NCBI GenBank assembly: GCA_963734545.1
Contig: CAVTHO010000005.1
Span: forward strand, 576,001 to 640,000
From: an uncultured Spirochaetota bacterium
Lineage (GTDB): Bacteria; Spirochaetota; Spirochaetia; SZUA-6; Fen-1364
DNA: 64,000 bases
Reading direction: 5' to 3'
The translations under genes were made by a program, and so were the position numbers. The notes beneath the pieces were generated by a model. That model did no database searches, had not been told where the DNA came from, and saw only the letters and a list, made by a program, of their open reading frames with translations. This document shows positions 50,838-60,446 of the stretch, in pieces (position 1 is the stretch's first letter; each line of letters opens with the position of its first letter).

Positions 50838-50866
50838 TTGAAGCACGCCGGCGGCGCCACTATAAT
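50838..50866 (+). promoter_or_regulatory. Putative sigma-70 promoter of the kinase/activator operon
   Basis: TTGAAG-17 nt-TATAAT. Confidence 0.65.
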
Positions 50867-50872
50867 CGTGCA

Positions 50873-52318
50873 ATCGGAACACCCGTAAAGACCGCAATCC
50901 TTGCACTCCTGATCGCCGTCTCGGTCGCTGCCACGCTCCTGTTTCGACTGGTGGTGCACAGCGGCGCGCTCTACACGCATTTCATGTACCTCCCCATCGC
51001 GGTCGCCTGCATGTGGTGGGGAGTGCGCGGCATGGGTGTTGCCGTCGGGCTTGCCTGCGTGATTCTCTCGATGCACGCCTTCGGCATCGCTCCCGAGAGC
51101 ATCTGGAATGACGTCGTGCGAAGCGTTTTTTTTCTCATGGTGGCCTACGTCGTCGGACGCCTGCGGGACATGATCAGCACCGGCAGGGAAGCCCTCGCCA
51201 GGTCCGAGGGCGCCAGTCGCTCGATTCTCGAGAGCACGACAACGGGTGTGCTCATCCACCGGGACGGTCTCGTGGTCTTTGCCAACGAGCGGCTCGCCCG
51301 GCTCCTCGGCAGGGAGCCCGGGTCCATGGTCGGCGCGCCCCTCGAAGCGTTCCTGGGCCGCGAGGAGAGCCGGCCCCTGCGCGCCCCTCTGGAGGGCTCC
51401 GAGCTCCCGCGCGAGATGCCGCTCGTGCGCCGGGACGGCTCACAGGTCTGGGTGGAGGCAGCGGGTTCCCGCGTGGACTTCGCGGGGGTCGAGGCGGTGA
51501 TGATCAGCGTCACGGATCTGACCGCCCGCAGGGAGGCGGAGGAGAAGCGGCGGGAGCTGGTGGACCTGTCGCGCCGGCAGGAAGAGCAGCTCGAGCATTC
51601 CACGCGCCTGGCGGAGCTGGGGGAGATGGCCGCGGCAATTTCCCATGAGCTCAACCAGCCGCTCACCGGTATCAGGAACTACGCGCGCAATGCGTTCTAC
51701 ATGATCGATCAGAAGGCGGGAGGCGAGGAGGAAGTGAAGACCAACCTGCGCCTGATCTCGGAACAGGTTGACCGGGCCGCGAAGATCATCAACCAGATGC
51801 GCGAGCTCACGCGCAGATCGGACAGCACGTTCGTTCTCCTGGAGCTGAACAGCGTGATCCGTGAGTCCGTGGAGTTCATGCTCCCGCAGATGCGGCTTTC
51901 GGAGGTGACGGTGAGCATCCAGCTTGCGGACAACCTGCCTCCCCTCTGGGGAGACAGGGTCCGTCTGGCCCAGGTCTTCCTCAACCTGCTTTCCAATGCG
52001 CGCCAGGCCATGGAAGGCGCCGCGGTGCGGCGCCTCACCCTCACGAGCCGGTATGAAGCGGAGGCCGCCTTTCCTGTGGTCGTGCAGGTGAGCGACACGG
52101 GCAAGGGCTTCACCGAGGACCAGGGGCGCAGGTTCTTCCAGCCCTTCTATACCACCCGCAAGGGAGGTCATGGCCTCGGTCTTTCCATCTCCCGCGCGAT
52201 CATCCAGGACCACAGGGGAGCGATAGAGGTGTCAGGCGCCCCCGGCACGGGCGCGACCTTCACGATACGGCTGCCCACGGCCCCGCGCGCGCCGGGACAG
52301 CCGGGGAGAGAAACGTGA
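50873..52318 (+). CDS. Membrane PAS sensor histidine kinase (DctB/FixL-like)
   Basis: N-terminal TM segments, PAS, ISHELNQPL, QVFLNLLSNA, DTGKG, GLGLSIS; the frame extends upstream of 50951 through a TM helix to about 50873. Confidence 0.9.
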   Translation: MGTPVKTAILALLIAVSVAATLLFRLVVHSGALYTHFMYLPIAVACMWWGVRGMGVAVGLACVILSMHAFGIAPESIWNDVVRSVFFLMVAYVVGRLRDMISTGREALARSEGASRSILESTTTGVLIHRDGLVVFANERLARLLGREPGSMVGAPLEAFLGREESRPLRAPLEGSELPREMPLVRRDGSQVWVEAAGSRVDFAGVEAVMISVTDLTARREAEEKRRELVDLSRRQEEQLEHSTRLAELGEMAAAISHELNQPLTGIRNYARNAFYMIDQKAGGEEEVKTNLRLISEQVDRAAKIINQMRELTRRSDSTFVLLELNSVIRESVEFMLPQMRLSEVTVSIQLADNLPPLWGDRVRLAQVFLNLLSNARQAMEGAAVRRLTLTSRYEAEAAFPVVVQVSDTGKGFTEDQGRRFFQPFYTTRKGGHGLGLSISRAIIQDHRGAIEVSGAPGTGATFTIRLPTAPRAPGQPGRET

Positions 52319-53717
52319 CAGCGGAAGAGACAGGACGGGGAAAGGCAACAATCGTCGTCATCGACGACGACGAAGCTGCCCGGCACTCCATCGGCCAGAT
52401 GCTGGGCCTGCGCGGGTGGGCGGTGGAGGTGTTCTCCTCGGCCGAAGCGGCCCTGGCCTGGCCCGGCCTCCGCGACGCCATGTGCATCGTCACCGACGTC
52501 AAGATGCCGGGGATGGACGGGGAGGAGCTCCTGGCCCATGTCACGGCCCTGCCCGGCGCGCCGCCCGTGGTGATGATGACCGGTCACGGCGATATCGCCA
52601 TGGCCGTGCGCTGTCTCAAGGCCGGTGCGTTCGACTTTGCCGAAAAACCCTTTGACGACGACGTGCTCCTTGCCTACGTGGGCAAGGCGGTGGAACAGAC
52701 GCGCCTGGTGCGGGAGGCCACGGACCTGCGCCGCAGGCTGACCCTGTTCTCCCCGGGGAAGACGGCAGGTTCGGCATGATCGGGAGGAGCCGCGCCATGC
52801 AGGACGTGTACGCCCAGGTGGAAGCCGCGGCGCGCGCGGATGCCCCCGTTCTCATTTCGGGGGAGACGGGCGTGGGAAAAGAGCTGGTGGCCAGGGCCAT
52901 CCACGCGCAAAGCCCGCGGGCGCACGGCCCGTTCGTGCCCGTGAACGCCGGCGCCCTGCCGGAGACGATGCTGGAAAGCGAGCTGTTCGGCCACACGAAG
53001 GGGGCATTCACCGGCGCGATGGGGGAAAGGGAAGGCAAGCTGGTGGCCGCCTCGGGCGGCACGCTGCTTCTCGATGAGATCGAGACGATTTCTCCGCGCG
53101 CCCAGGTGCAGCTCCTGCGCGTGCTGGATGACGGCGTCATGGAGGCGCTGGGCAGCGACAGGCCGCGCAAGGTGGACATCCGTCTCCTCTGCGCGTCGAA
53201 CGTGGACCTCGAGGCGGAGGTGCGGCGCGGAGTGATACGCGAGGACTTCTACCACCGGGTCATGGTGCTCAGCATCCACGTGCCCCCGCTGCGGGAGCGC
53301 GCGGAGGATGTTCCGCTCCTGGTCTCGCATTTCCTCAAGCTGGCGGCAGACAGGAACGGCGTGCCCGTGCCGGCGGTCGCGGAAGACACGCTTGCGCAGA
53401 TGATGCGCCATCATTGGCCGGGCAATGTGCGCGAGCTGAAGAACGCCGTCGAGCGGCTTGTCATCACCTCCCGGGCCGGGACGGCAGGCGGCTTCTCCCC
53501 GGACATGCGGTTCGACACGGAGAGGCTCCTGTCGCTGCCCGCGGGCCCCGGACGGCTCCGCGACGAGATGGAAAAAGTGGAGAAGGCTGTCCTGGAAGCG
53601 GCGCTCAGGGAGTGTCACGGGGAGATCAACGCGACCTGGCAGGCGCTGGGCATTTCCCGTCGCGCGCTGTACGAGCGGATGAAGAAGTACGGTCTGGACA
53701 GGGAAAGCTACAAATAA
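52315..53717 (+). CDS. Sigma-54-dependent response regulator (NtrC/DctD family); frameshift near 52755
   Basis: Receiver DDD..DVKMP..KP; AAA+ GETGVGKE, ESELFGH, GAFTGA, WPGNVREL; Fis-type HTH. Confidence 0.92.
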
Positions 53718-53728
53718 GGGAGGCCAGG

Positions 53729-54839
53729 ATGACACACAGGGAGCGCGTCGCCATGTCCCTGCGCCATGAAACGCCCGACCGCTGCCCGATGCAGATCAGC
53801 TTCACTCCGGAGTTTGCCGCTGCGCTTCGCAGGCGCATTGATATTCCGCCAGGAGCGCATCATAACCCCCACGGCGGCGGGAACACCTACGAGCTGGAGC
53901 GCGCGCTGGGAGAGGACATGCTTCTCACCTCGGTGGGGTGGGCAAACAGCTACTACGCGAACGACACGTACAACCCGGGAATGGACACGTATCTCGACGA
54001 GTGGGGCATCCGCTGGAAAAACACGCGCTACTCCACGAGGTTCGGAGACGGGGTCTATACCGAAATCGTCGAACACCCCCTTTCCGGCGACTCGGCCATT
54101 GCCGGGTATCACGCGCCCGATCCCGACCGGCCCGAGCTGTATTCCGAGTCCGACTGGGTGCTGCGCACGTTTCAAGCACGAGTACTGGATCGTCGGGGTC
54201 ACGGTCACCACCATCTTCGAGACGGCGTGGGCCCTCCGCGGCTACGAGACATTGCTGATGGATTTTCTGACGGATCCCGAGCGCGCGGACGCGATTCTCG
54301 ACATTCCGTTCCGCTACCACTTGAGAGCCGCGGAGAAGCTCGCCCGCATGGGCGTCGACATGATCTGGACGGGAGACGACATCGGCGCCCAGAATGCCAT
54401 GCTCATCGCGCCGGAGACGTGGCGGCGGTTTCTCAAGCCCCGCATGGCCCGGCTCATCGCGGCGCTCAAGCGGATCAATCCTGCCCTCAAGGTGGCGTAT
54501 CATTCGGACGGCTGCATCTCACCCGTCATCCCCGAGCTGATCGAAATCGGCGTCGACGTTCTCAATCCCGTGCAGCCGAGAAGCATGGACCCCCTGCAGC
54601 TGAAAAAGCAGTACGGGGACCGCCTGTGCTTCTGGGGATCGATCGACGAACAGCAGACTCTGCCGTTCGGCGGACCCGAAGACGTGAGGAACGAGGTCAT
54701 CACCCGGCTCAGGACACTCGGCAGGGGCGGCGGCCTGATCATTGGGCCGACGCACCATGTCCAGCTGGACACGCCGGTGGAGAACGTCCAGGCGCTCGTG
54801 GATGCGGTGATCGGCACGCCGTACACATCAATCGAGTAG
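53729..54839 (+). CDS. Uroporphyrinogen decarboxylase/MtbA (UroD-MetE-like) family protein; frameshift near 54172
   Basis: MTHRERV..PDRCP, DEWG, LRG.E.LL.D, GDDIG, HSDG, NPVQ, WGSID.Q..LP.G. Confidence 0.85.
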
Positions 54840-54887
54840 ACTCTTCCGCTCCCTCATCCGTACTATATGATTCGAATGGAGGCGGGA

Positions 54888-55832
54888 ATGAAAGCAGTTC
54901 CCCTGGGAAACAGCGGCGCATCGGTCAGCCGCATCTGTCTTGGGGCAATGTTTTTCGGGAGCAAGACGGACCGGTCGATGTCCCACAGCCTGCTGGATTG
55001 CTACATCGATGCCGGGGGCTCTTTCATCGACACGGCGAACATCTACGCCTGGTGGGTCCCCGGGTTCACCGGCGGGGAGAGTGAGACCGTCCTGGGGGAG
55101 TGGATGCGGCAGCGGAAAAACCGCTCCCGGCTCTTTCTGGCTTCCAAGGTCGGCTTCGGCTACGGAAGCGTCAAGGGAGGGCTCACCGCCTCGCTGATAA
55201 AGTCCGAATGCGAGAAGAGCCTCAGGCGGCTCGGCGTGGAGACCATCGATCTCTACTTTGCCCACGTGGACGACAGGAAGACGCCGCAGGAGGAAACGCT
55301 CGAAGCGCTGCACCGCCTGGTCGACGAGGGAAAAGTGCGGTACCTCGGCGCCAGCAACTTCCTGGCGTGGCGGCTTGCCGAGGCGGAAGGGATCTGCAGG
55401 GCACGCTCCTGGGCAGGCTACTGCTGCGTGCAGCAGCGTTATTCATACCTGCGTCCCCAGCCGGGAACGACATTCGGAGCGCAGATCGCGGCCAACGACG
55501 ACCTGTTCGACTATTGTCAGGCGCAGGGAACGAGCCTCCTTGCCTACTCTCCTTTGCTGGGAGGGGTGTACAGCCGGGCGGATCGAAGCGTTCCGGAGCA
55601 GTACCGGGGGGCGGACACGGAAGCGCGGTTGTCCCGGCTGAAGAGCCTGGCACGGGACCTCGGAAAAACGGAAAACCAGATTGTCCTGGCATGGCTGATG
55701 CAGTGCAATCCTTCAGCCATCCCTTTGGCAGCAGGCAGCACGGTCGAACAGCTTCGAGAGGATCTTGCCGCGGATGAAATCAAGCTGACTGCAGACCAGG
55801 TGGCCTGGCTGAGCACGGCCGGGGCTGCGTAG
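54888..55832 (+). CDS. Aldo/keto reductase
   Basis: CLGAM.FG, FIDTANIY, SETVLG, LASK, SLRRL..ETIDLY, GKVRYLGASN, YSPL. Confidence 0.93.
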   Translation: MKAVPLGNSGASVSRICLGAMFFGSKTDRSMSHSLLDCYIDAGGSFIDTANIYAWWVPGFTGGESETVLGEWMRQRKNRSRLFLASKVGFGYGSVKGGLTASLIKSECEKSLRRLGVETIDLYFAHVDDRKTPQEETLEALHRLVDEGKVRYLGASNFLAWRLAEAEGICRARSWAGYCCVQQRYSYLRPQPGTTFGAQIAANDDLFDYCQAQGTSLLAYSPLLGGVYSRADRSVPEQYRGADTEARLSRLKSLARDLGKTENQIVLAWLMQCNPSAIPLAAGSTVEQLREDLAADEIKLTADQVAWLSTAGAA

Positions 55833-56024
55833 TATAGCCGCAAGCCTCGCTTTCAGTGCGCTTTTCCCTCATGGGAGAATTATGCACAGCCAATGGGAGA
55901 CAAATACTGGTCCATTGCGCCACAGGTATCGGCGAATCTGCTTGAGCCGGAACAGAAATCCCGCAGCGGTCGTTCAACCTTTTGTCAGGGAAACATTTAG
56001 GAAGTAGCAGTAATATCTGAGCTC

Positions 56025-56057
56025 AATTCTCGATAGGTTTTCGATTAATCGAGAATT
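56025..56057. promoter_or_regulatory. Inverted repeat just upstream of the sigma-54 promoter (candidate regulator site)
   Basis: AATTCTCGAT-13 nt-ATCGAGAATT, overlapping a perfect palindrome TCGATTAATCGA at 56041-56052. Confidence 0.5.
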
Positions 56058-56066
56058 CCTTCACGA

Positions 56067-56083
56067 TTGGCATGCCATTTGCT
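56067..56083 (+). promoter_or_regulatory. Sigma-54 (-24/-12) promoter of the hydrogenase-type operon
   Basis: TTGGCATGCCATTTGCT with exact GG-N10-GC spacing, 25 nt before ATG 56109. Confidence 0.8.
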
Positions 56084-56108
56084 AACTGATATATTCGGCG
56101 AGGCGCTC

Positions 56109-56463
56109 ATGAAGGTGAAAGAGCTCGCAGAGCTCATCGATGCGCAACTGCATCTCGGCACATGCTCTGAAGACTCGGAGGTTTCCCGGGTTCACGCCTC
56201 CGACACGATGAGCGACCTCATCGAGCACGCTGCCGCGGACACTCTCCTTCTCACCACGCTCAACAACAATCAACTGATCCGTGTCGCCGAGCTGATGGAC
56301 GTGCCCGGGCATTTGCCTGGTGTGCGGAGCGGATCCCCTGCCCGAGCTCCTGGCGCGCGCGCACGCGGCAGGAACGGCGATCCTGGTCTCACCGGCCGGC
56401 CTGGAAGAGACCTGCCGGCTCCTGGAATCCCGTTCCGACAGCCTGAAGGTGACCAGGACATGA
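56109..56463 (+). CDS. DRTGG-domain protein; frameshift near 56308
   Basis: MKVKELAE..HASDTMSD..LLLTTLNNNQLIRVAELMDVPG, then ICLVCG..ILVSP; TGA overlaps the next ATG. Confidence 0.78.
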
Positions 56464-58099
56464 TCACCCTCAGCTACCGGATCCAGGGCGGCGACTTCGA
56501 TTCTGCCGGCCTCGCGACCAGAAAACTGAAGGAGCAGCTCGCAAAAATCGGCGTCGGCGCGTGCGTCATGCGGCGCGCAATGATCGCCTCCTACGAGGCG
56601 GAGATGAACGTGGTCATCCATGCCCGGACCGGCACGCTCTGGGCCCGGCTGGATGAGGTGAAGCTCGACCTGGAGGTAGCGGACGAGGGTCCCGGGAATT
56701 CCCGACGTGCAGCTTGCCCTGCGGGAAGGCTGGTCCACGGCCTCCTCGCAGGCCCGGCAGATGGGTTTCGGCGCAGGGCTGGGCCTGCCGAATATCCGAA
56801 AGAACAGCGATCTTTTCGATATCGAGACACGGGTGGGCAGGGGAACCAGGATTCGGTCCACCATACTGCTCGGCGCGCGGGATGACGGCGGTGTCTCTCC
56901 GCTGCCTGTTCCCGCCTTCCTGTCGCTGGACCACGAGCGATGCCGCGCATGCCTGCGCTGCATTTTCGCCTGTCCCACGGCCGCGCTTCGTGTGCACGGG
57001 TCCCGGCCCGCCCTGCTGAACGAGCTGTGTGTCGGCTGCACTGCCTGCGCTGCGGAGTGCGCCGATGGGGTGTTCGGGATCGGCAGCCCTGACGCCGGCA
57101 GCGCCGCATCCCGCGGATCCGGCGCGGCGCTGCCGCCGGTTCCCCCGGACGCGGCCCTCGTGCTGCCGCGCGGCTTTCTTGCCGGGTTCCCGGTGGAGGG
57201 TTCCCCCGCGCGCGTCCTGGAGGCGCTCGGGGAGGCGGGTTTCACCGATATACGCCTGGCGGAGGAATGGGAACAGGCGCTGCGCCGTGAGGCGCGAGCG
57301 CGCGCCGCTTCAGGCAAAGGGCCCCTGCCCCTCATCCCGCCTTTCTGTCCGGCAGTCGTGGCCCTGGTGGAAAGCAGGTTTCCTTCGCTGATTCCCCATC
57401 TGGGCCCGTGGCTTTCTCCCCTGGAAGCGGCCGGGGAGGAGTTTCCCCTCCGACCGGTGTTCCTGGTGGCGGCCTGCGGCGCGCAATTTGCCGCGGCGGG
57501 GAGGACGAGCCTGACGGACCGGCTCACGGTTCTGACCCCCGCGCGCCTGGCCGCGGCTCTGCTCCCCGGCCTTACGCGCAAGCCCGCCCCTGCGTCGGCG
57601 GACGGTCAGCCGCGGGTGCGCCGGGGGCGATGCCCGCGCACGTCCGGCGGCGCCGGCCCGGAGAGCTCGCAGTCACGGGCGTGCGTCACGTGATGCGGGT
57701 GCTTTCGGAGGTCGAGGCGGGCGCCCTGGGCGGCGCGACGCTTCTCGAGCTCTCGCTCTGCGAGGGAGGGTGCGCGGGCTCGCCCCTTCTCTGCGCCGAC
57801 CCCTTTCTTTCCCTGCACCGCTGGCAGCGCGCGCCGATCGGCACCGCGCACAGCGACGCGGCGGCCGTGCCGAGGCAGAGACCCTACGCGCAGCGCCACG
57901 GGGTGAGGCTCGACGCGGACATGGGTGAGGCGATACGGAGGCTCGCGCGTATCGACGAGCTGGCGCGGACGCTGCCCGGCCGGGATTGCGGCGCGTGCGG
58001 CGCCCCCTCATGCGCGGCATTGCGGAAGACGTGGTCATGGGAAGGGCGCACGCAGACGGCTGCCCGCACCTCCCGGGACACAGAGAGGAGACACAATGA
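56460..58099 (+). CDS. RsbT-like anti-sigma/Ser-Thr kinase fused to 2x[4Fe-4S] ferredoxin, degenerate [FeFe]-hydrogenase-like domain and C-terminal Fe-S domain; frameshifts near 56695, 57630 and 58020
   Basis: GGDFDSAG, YEAEMNVVIH, D.GPG, GFGAGLGLPN, then in the same frame CRACLRCIFACP and CVGCTACAAEC; FCPAVV..VE..FP; CEGGCAGS; LPGRDCGACGAPSC..AEDV. Confidence 0.75.
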
Positions 58100-58446
58100 C
58101 CCTGGGCGATATCGCGAGGGCGATGGACATGGAGATCCTGACGCCGGCGCTTTCGGTGAACGGCGGAGAGGAGATCACGAGGGCACACGCCTCGGATCTG
58201 CTCAGCGAGGTGCTTGCGAACGCGCCTTCCGGCGGGCTGCTCCTGACGATCCAGGTGCACATGAACGTGATCGCGGTGGCGCTGCACGCGGGCCTCGCAG
58301 CGGTCGTATTCACCTCGGGCGTGCAGCCCGAGGAAGGTGTGCGGGTGCGCGCCACGAAGGAGGGGCTGCCGCTGCTGAGCACCCCCGAATCGACATTTGA
58401 TACGGCCGGAAAGCTGTACGCCATGGGGCTGCGGGGAAGGCCGTGA
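58096..58446 (+). CDS. DRTGG-domain protein
   Basis: HASDLLSEVLA, TIQVHMNVIAVA, GKLY. Confidence 0.85.
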   Translation: MTLGDIARAMDMEILTPALSVNGGEEITRAHASDLLSEVLANAPSGGLLLTIQVHMNVIAVALHAGLAAVVFTSGVQPEEGVRVRATKEGLPLLSTPESTFDTAGKLYAMGLRGRP

Positions 58447-59224
58447 ATGGTGCGCCTGGCTGCGGACATGCATATCCACACGGTGCTGTCTCCCTGCGCT
58501 TCGAGAGAGATGACGCCCCCCGCCATTGCGCGGGAAGCGGCGCGAAAGGGGATTGCATTGATCGCGGTCTGTGACCACAACAGCGCGGGAAACGTGAGTG
58601 CCGTTGCCGCAGCCGCGGCCGCCCTGCCGGACGGCCCCGCGGTCATTGCCGGGATCGAGATCACGACCGGGGAGGAAGCGCATGTCCTCGGCTTCTTTCC
58701 CACTCCGTCCGCCGCCTGCTCCGCTGCCGCGGAGGTGGCCGCGGGGCTCCCGCCCTGGCGCCCGCTCGCTGCCCGCACCTCGGCCTCGCCGGCGGCAGGC
58801 GGCAGCTCGCGAGCCCGAGCAGGAGCTCGTGGACGCGGACGGGAACCGGACGGGGATCGAGACCCGGATGCTTGCGGCGGCGAGCGGGTTCACGCTCTCC
58901 GCGGCAGTGGACCTCATTCACCGGTACGGCGGTCTTGCCGTGGCGGCCCACGTGGACCGCAGAAGCTTCAGCGTTCCCGGGCAGCTCGGCTTCATTCCGC
59001 CGGAGGTGCCGTTCGACGGCCTGGAAATCTCGGCGGCCGGCGCGGCACGAGGACGCACCGCGGATTTCGTTTCACACGGGCTCCCTCTGCTCAGCTCTTC
59101 CGACAGTCACTTCCTCGAGGAGATAGGCAGCGGCCTCACGGTGCTCGACGTGGAGGCGCCGGTTTTCTCCGAGCTGTGCAAAGCGCTGCGGGGTGTCGAA
59201 GGGAGGGGGTGCGCGATTGCGTGA
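58447..59224 (+). CDS. PHP-domain phosphoesterase; frameshift near 58790
   Basis: DMHIHT..SPC, DHN, GIEIT..E.H, AAHVDR, SSDSH. Confidence 0.85.
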
Positions 59225-59760
59225 GATAGCGCTGCACATCCTCGACCTGCTCGAGAATGCGATCCGGGCCGGTGCCACCGTCATTGCCGTCGACGTGGAG
59301 GAGGAGCCCGATCGCGATCTGCTCTGCATATCCGTGGAGGACAACGGCCCCGGACTCGGCGTGCCGGAAGAGACGGCCGCCGACCCGTTCTTCACCACCA
59401 AGGAAGGGAAGAAGACGGGACTCGGGCTCGCCATGCTGAAGTTTCGCGCCGAGCAGGCGGGGGAGCTTCCGCCTGGAACGATCCCTGCTGGGCGGGTGCG
59501 CCGTACGGGCGCGCATGCCCCTGTCGAACGTGGACAGGAGCCCGCTGGGTGACCTCGCTGCCACGTTCGCCTCCGTGGTGTGCACCAATCCGGGCATCGA
59601 GCTGCGCGCCCGGCTGCGCGTCGGCATCAGGGAATGGCGCGTCAGCTCTGCCGAGATTTCCCGGAGCCTGCCTGCCGGGAACAGGAGCGAGATCGCGGTT
59701 GCCCGGCGCATGAGAGAGAGAATAACGGAGGGTCTCGCGGCCCTTCATGTGTCGGAATAA
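59217..59760 (+). CDS. HATPase_c histidine-kinase-like protein; frameshift near 59462
   Basis: TTG start; REIALHILDLLENAIRAGA, EDNGPG, DPFFTTK, GLGL, then DRSPLGD. Confidence 0.85.
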
Positions 59761-59798
59761 CAAACTGCACGGGAACCGTGCGAGGGAAGGAGAACGGC

Positions 59799-60446
59799 AT
59801 GAACGAGCTTCACAGTAAGGCAGCGTGCCCCGAGACGGCGAGCGAAAAGGAGCTCATGGAGCGCCTGGACGCGACACTGGCGGAGTACAGGGAGAAACCG
59901 GGGGCCCTGATCCCCGTGCTGCAGATCGCGCAGGGCATATTCGGCTATCTGCCGGAGGCCGTGCTCAAGCGGATTGCGCTTCAGCTCGGCAAGTCCTACA
60001 GCGAGGTGGCGGGCGTCGTGGGATTCTACTCGTATTTCTCCACGATCCCCCGGGGCCGCCACCTGGTGCGCGTGTGCCTGGGAACTGCCTGCTACGTGCG
60101 CGGGGGGAAGCAGGTTCTCGAAAGCTGCCGGCAGGAGCTCGGGATAGATGTGGGCGGGACGACCGCTGACGGGCTCTTCACGCTGGAAGTGGCGCGCTGC
60201 TTCGGCGCCTGCGGCCTGGCGCCCACGATGATGATCGACGACGACGTGCATCAGCGGGTGAAACCGCAGAAACTGCGCGCGATCTTCTCGGGGTACCGGG
60301 AGGGAAGCGCAGGGAAGGAACGGGAGCCGGCGCGTGCGGCCTCGAAGAGCAGGGCACGTCCCAAGGCATCTCCGAAAGCGACTCCGAAAAAGAAGCCAGC
60401 GAAGAAGCACGCGACGAGCAGGAAAGAAAGGGTGGCGGCAAGATGA
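59799..60446 (+). CDS. nuoE: NuoE/HydC-like [2Fe-2S] subunit with Lys/Ala/Pro-rich C-terminal tail
   Basis: LIPVLQIAQ..FGYLP, CLGTAC, CFGAC. Confidence 0.9.
   Translation: MNELHSKAACPETASEKELMERLDATLAEYREKPGALIPVLQIAQGIFGYLPEAVLKRIALQLGKSYSEVAGVVGFYSYFSTIPRGRHLVRVCLGTACYVRGGKQVLESCRQELGIDVGGTTADGLFTLEVARCFGACGLAPTMMIDDDVHQRVKPQKLRAIFSGYREGSAGKEREPARAASKSRARPKASPKATPKKKPAKKHATSRKERVAAR

Noticed and set aside
55833-56066. Riboswitch, ncRNA or Rex operator in the AT-rich intergenic region
   Set aside because: No recognisable RNA family and no TTGTGAA-N4-TTCACAA box. The sigma-54 promoter explains the region better.
8049-59760. Calling the frameshifted genes pseudogenes or programmed frameshifts
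   Set aside because: No nonsense codons or decay, breaks hit unrelated and housekeeping genes, and there are no consistent slippery heptamers. Sequencing error is more parsimonious.
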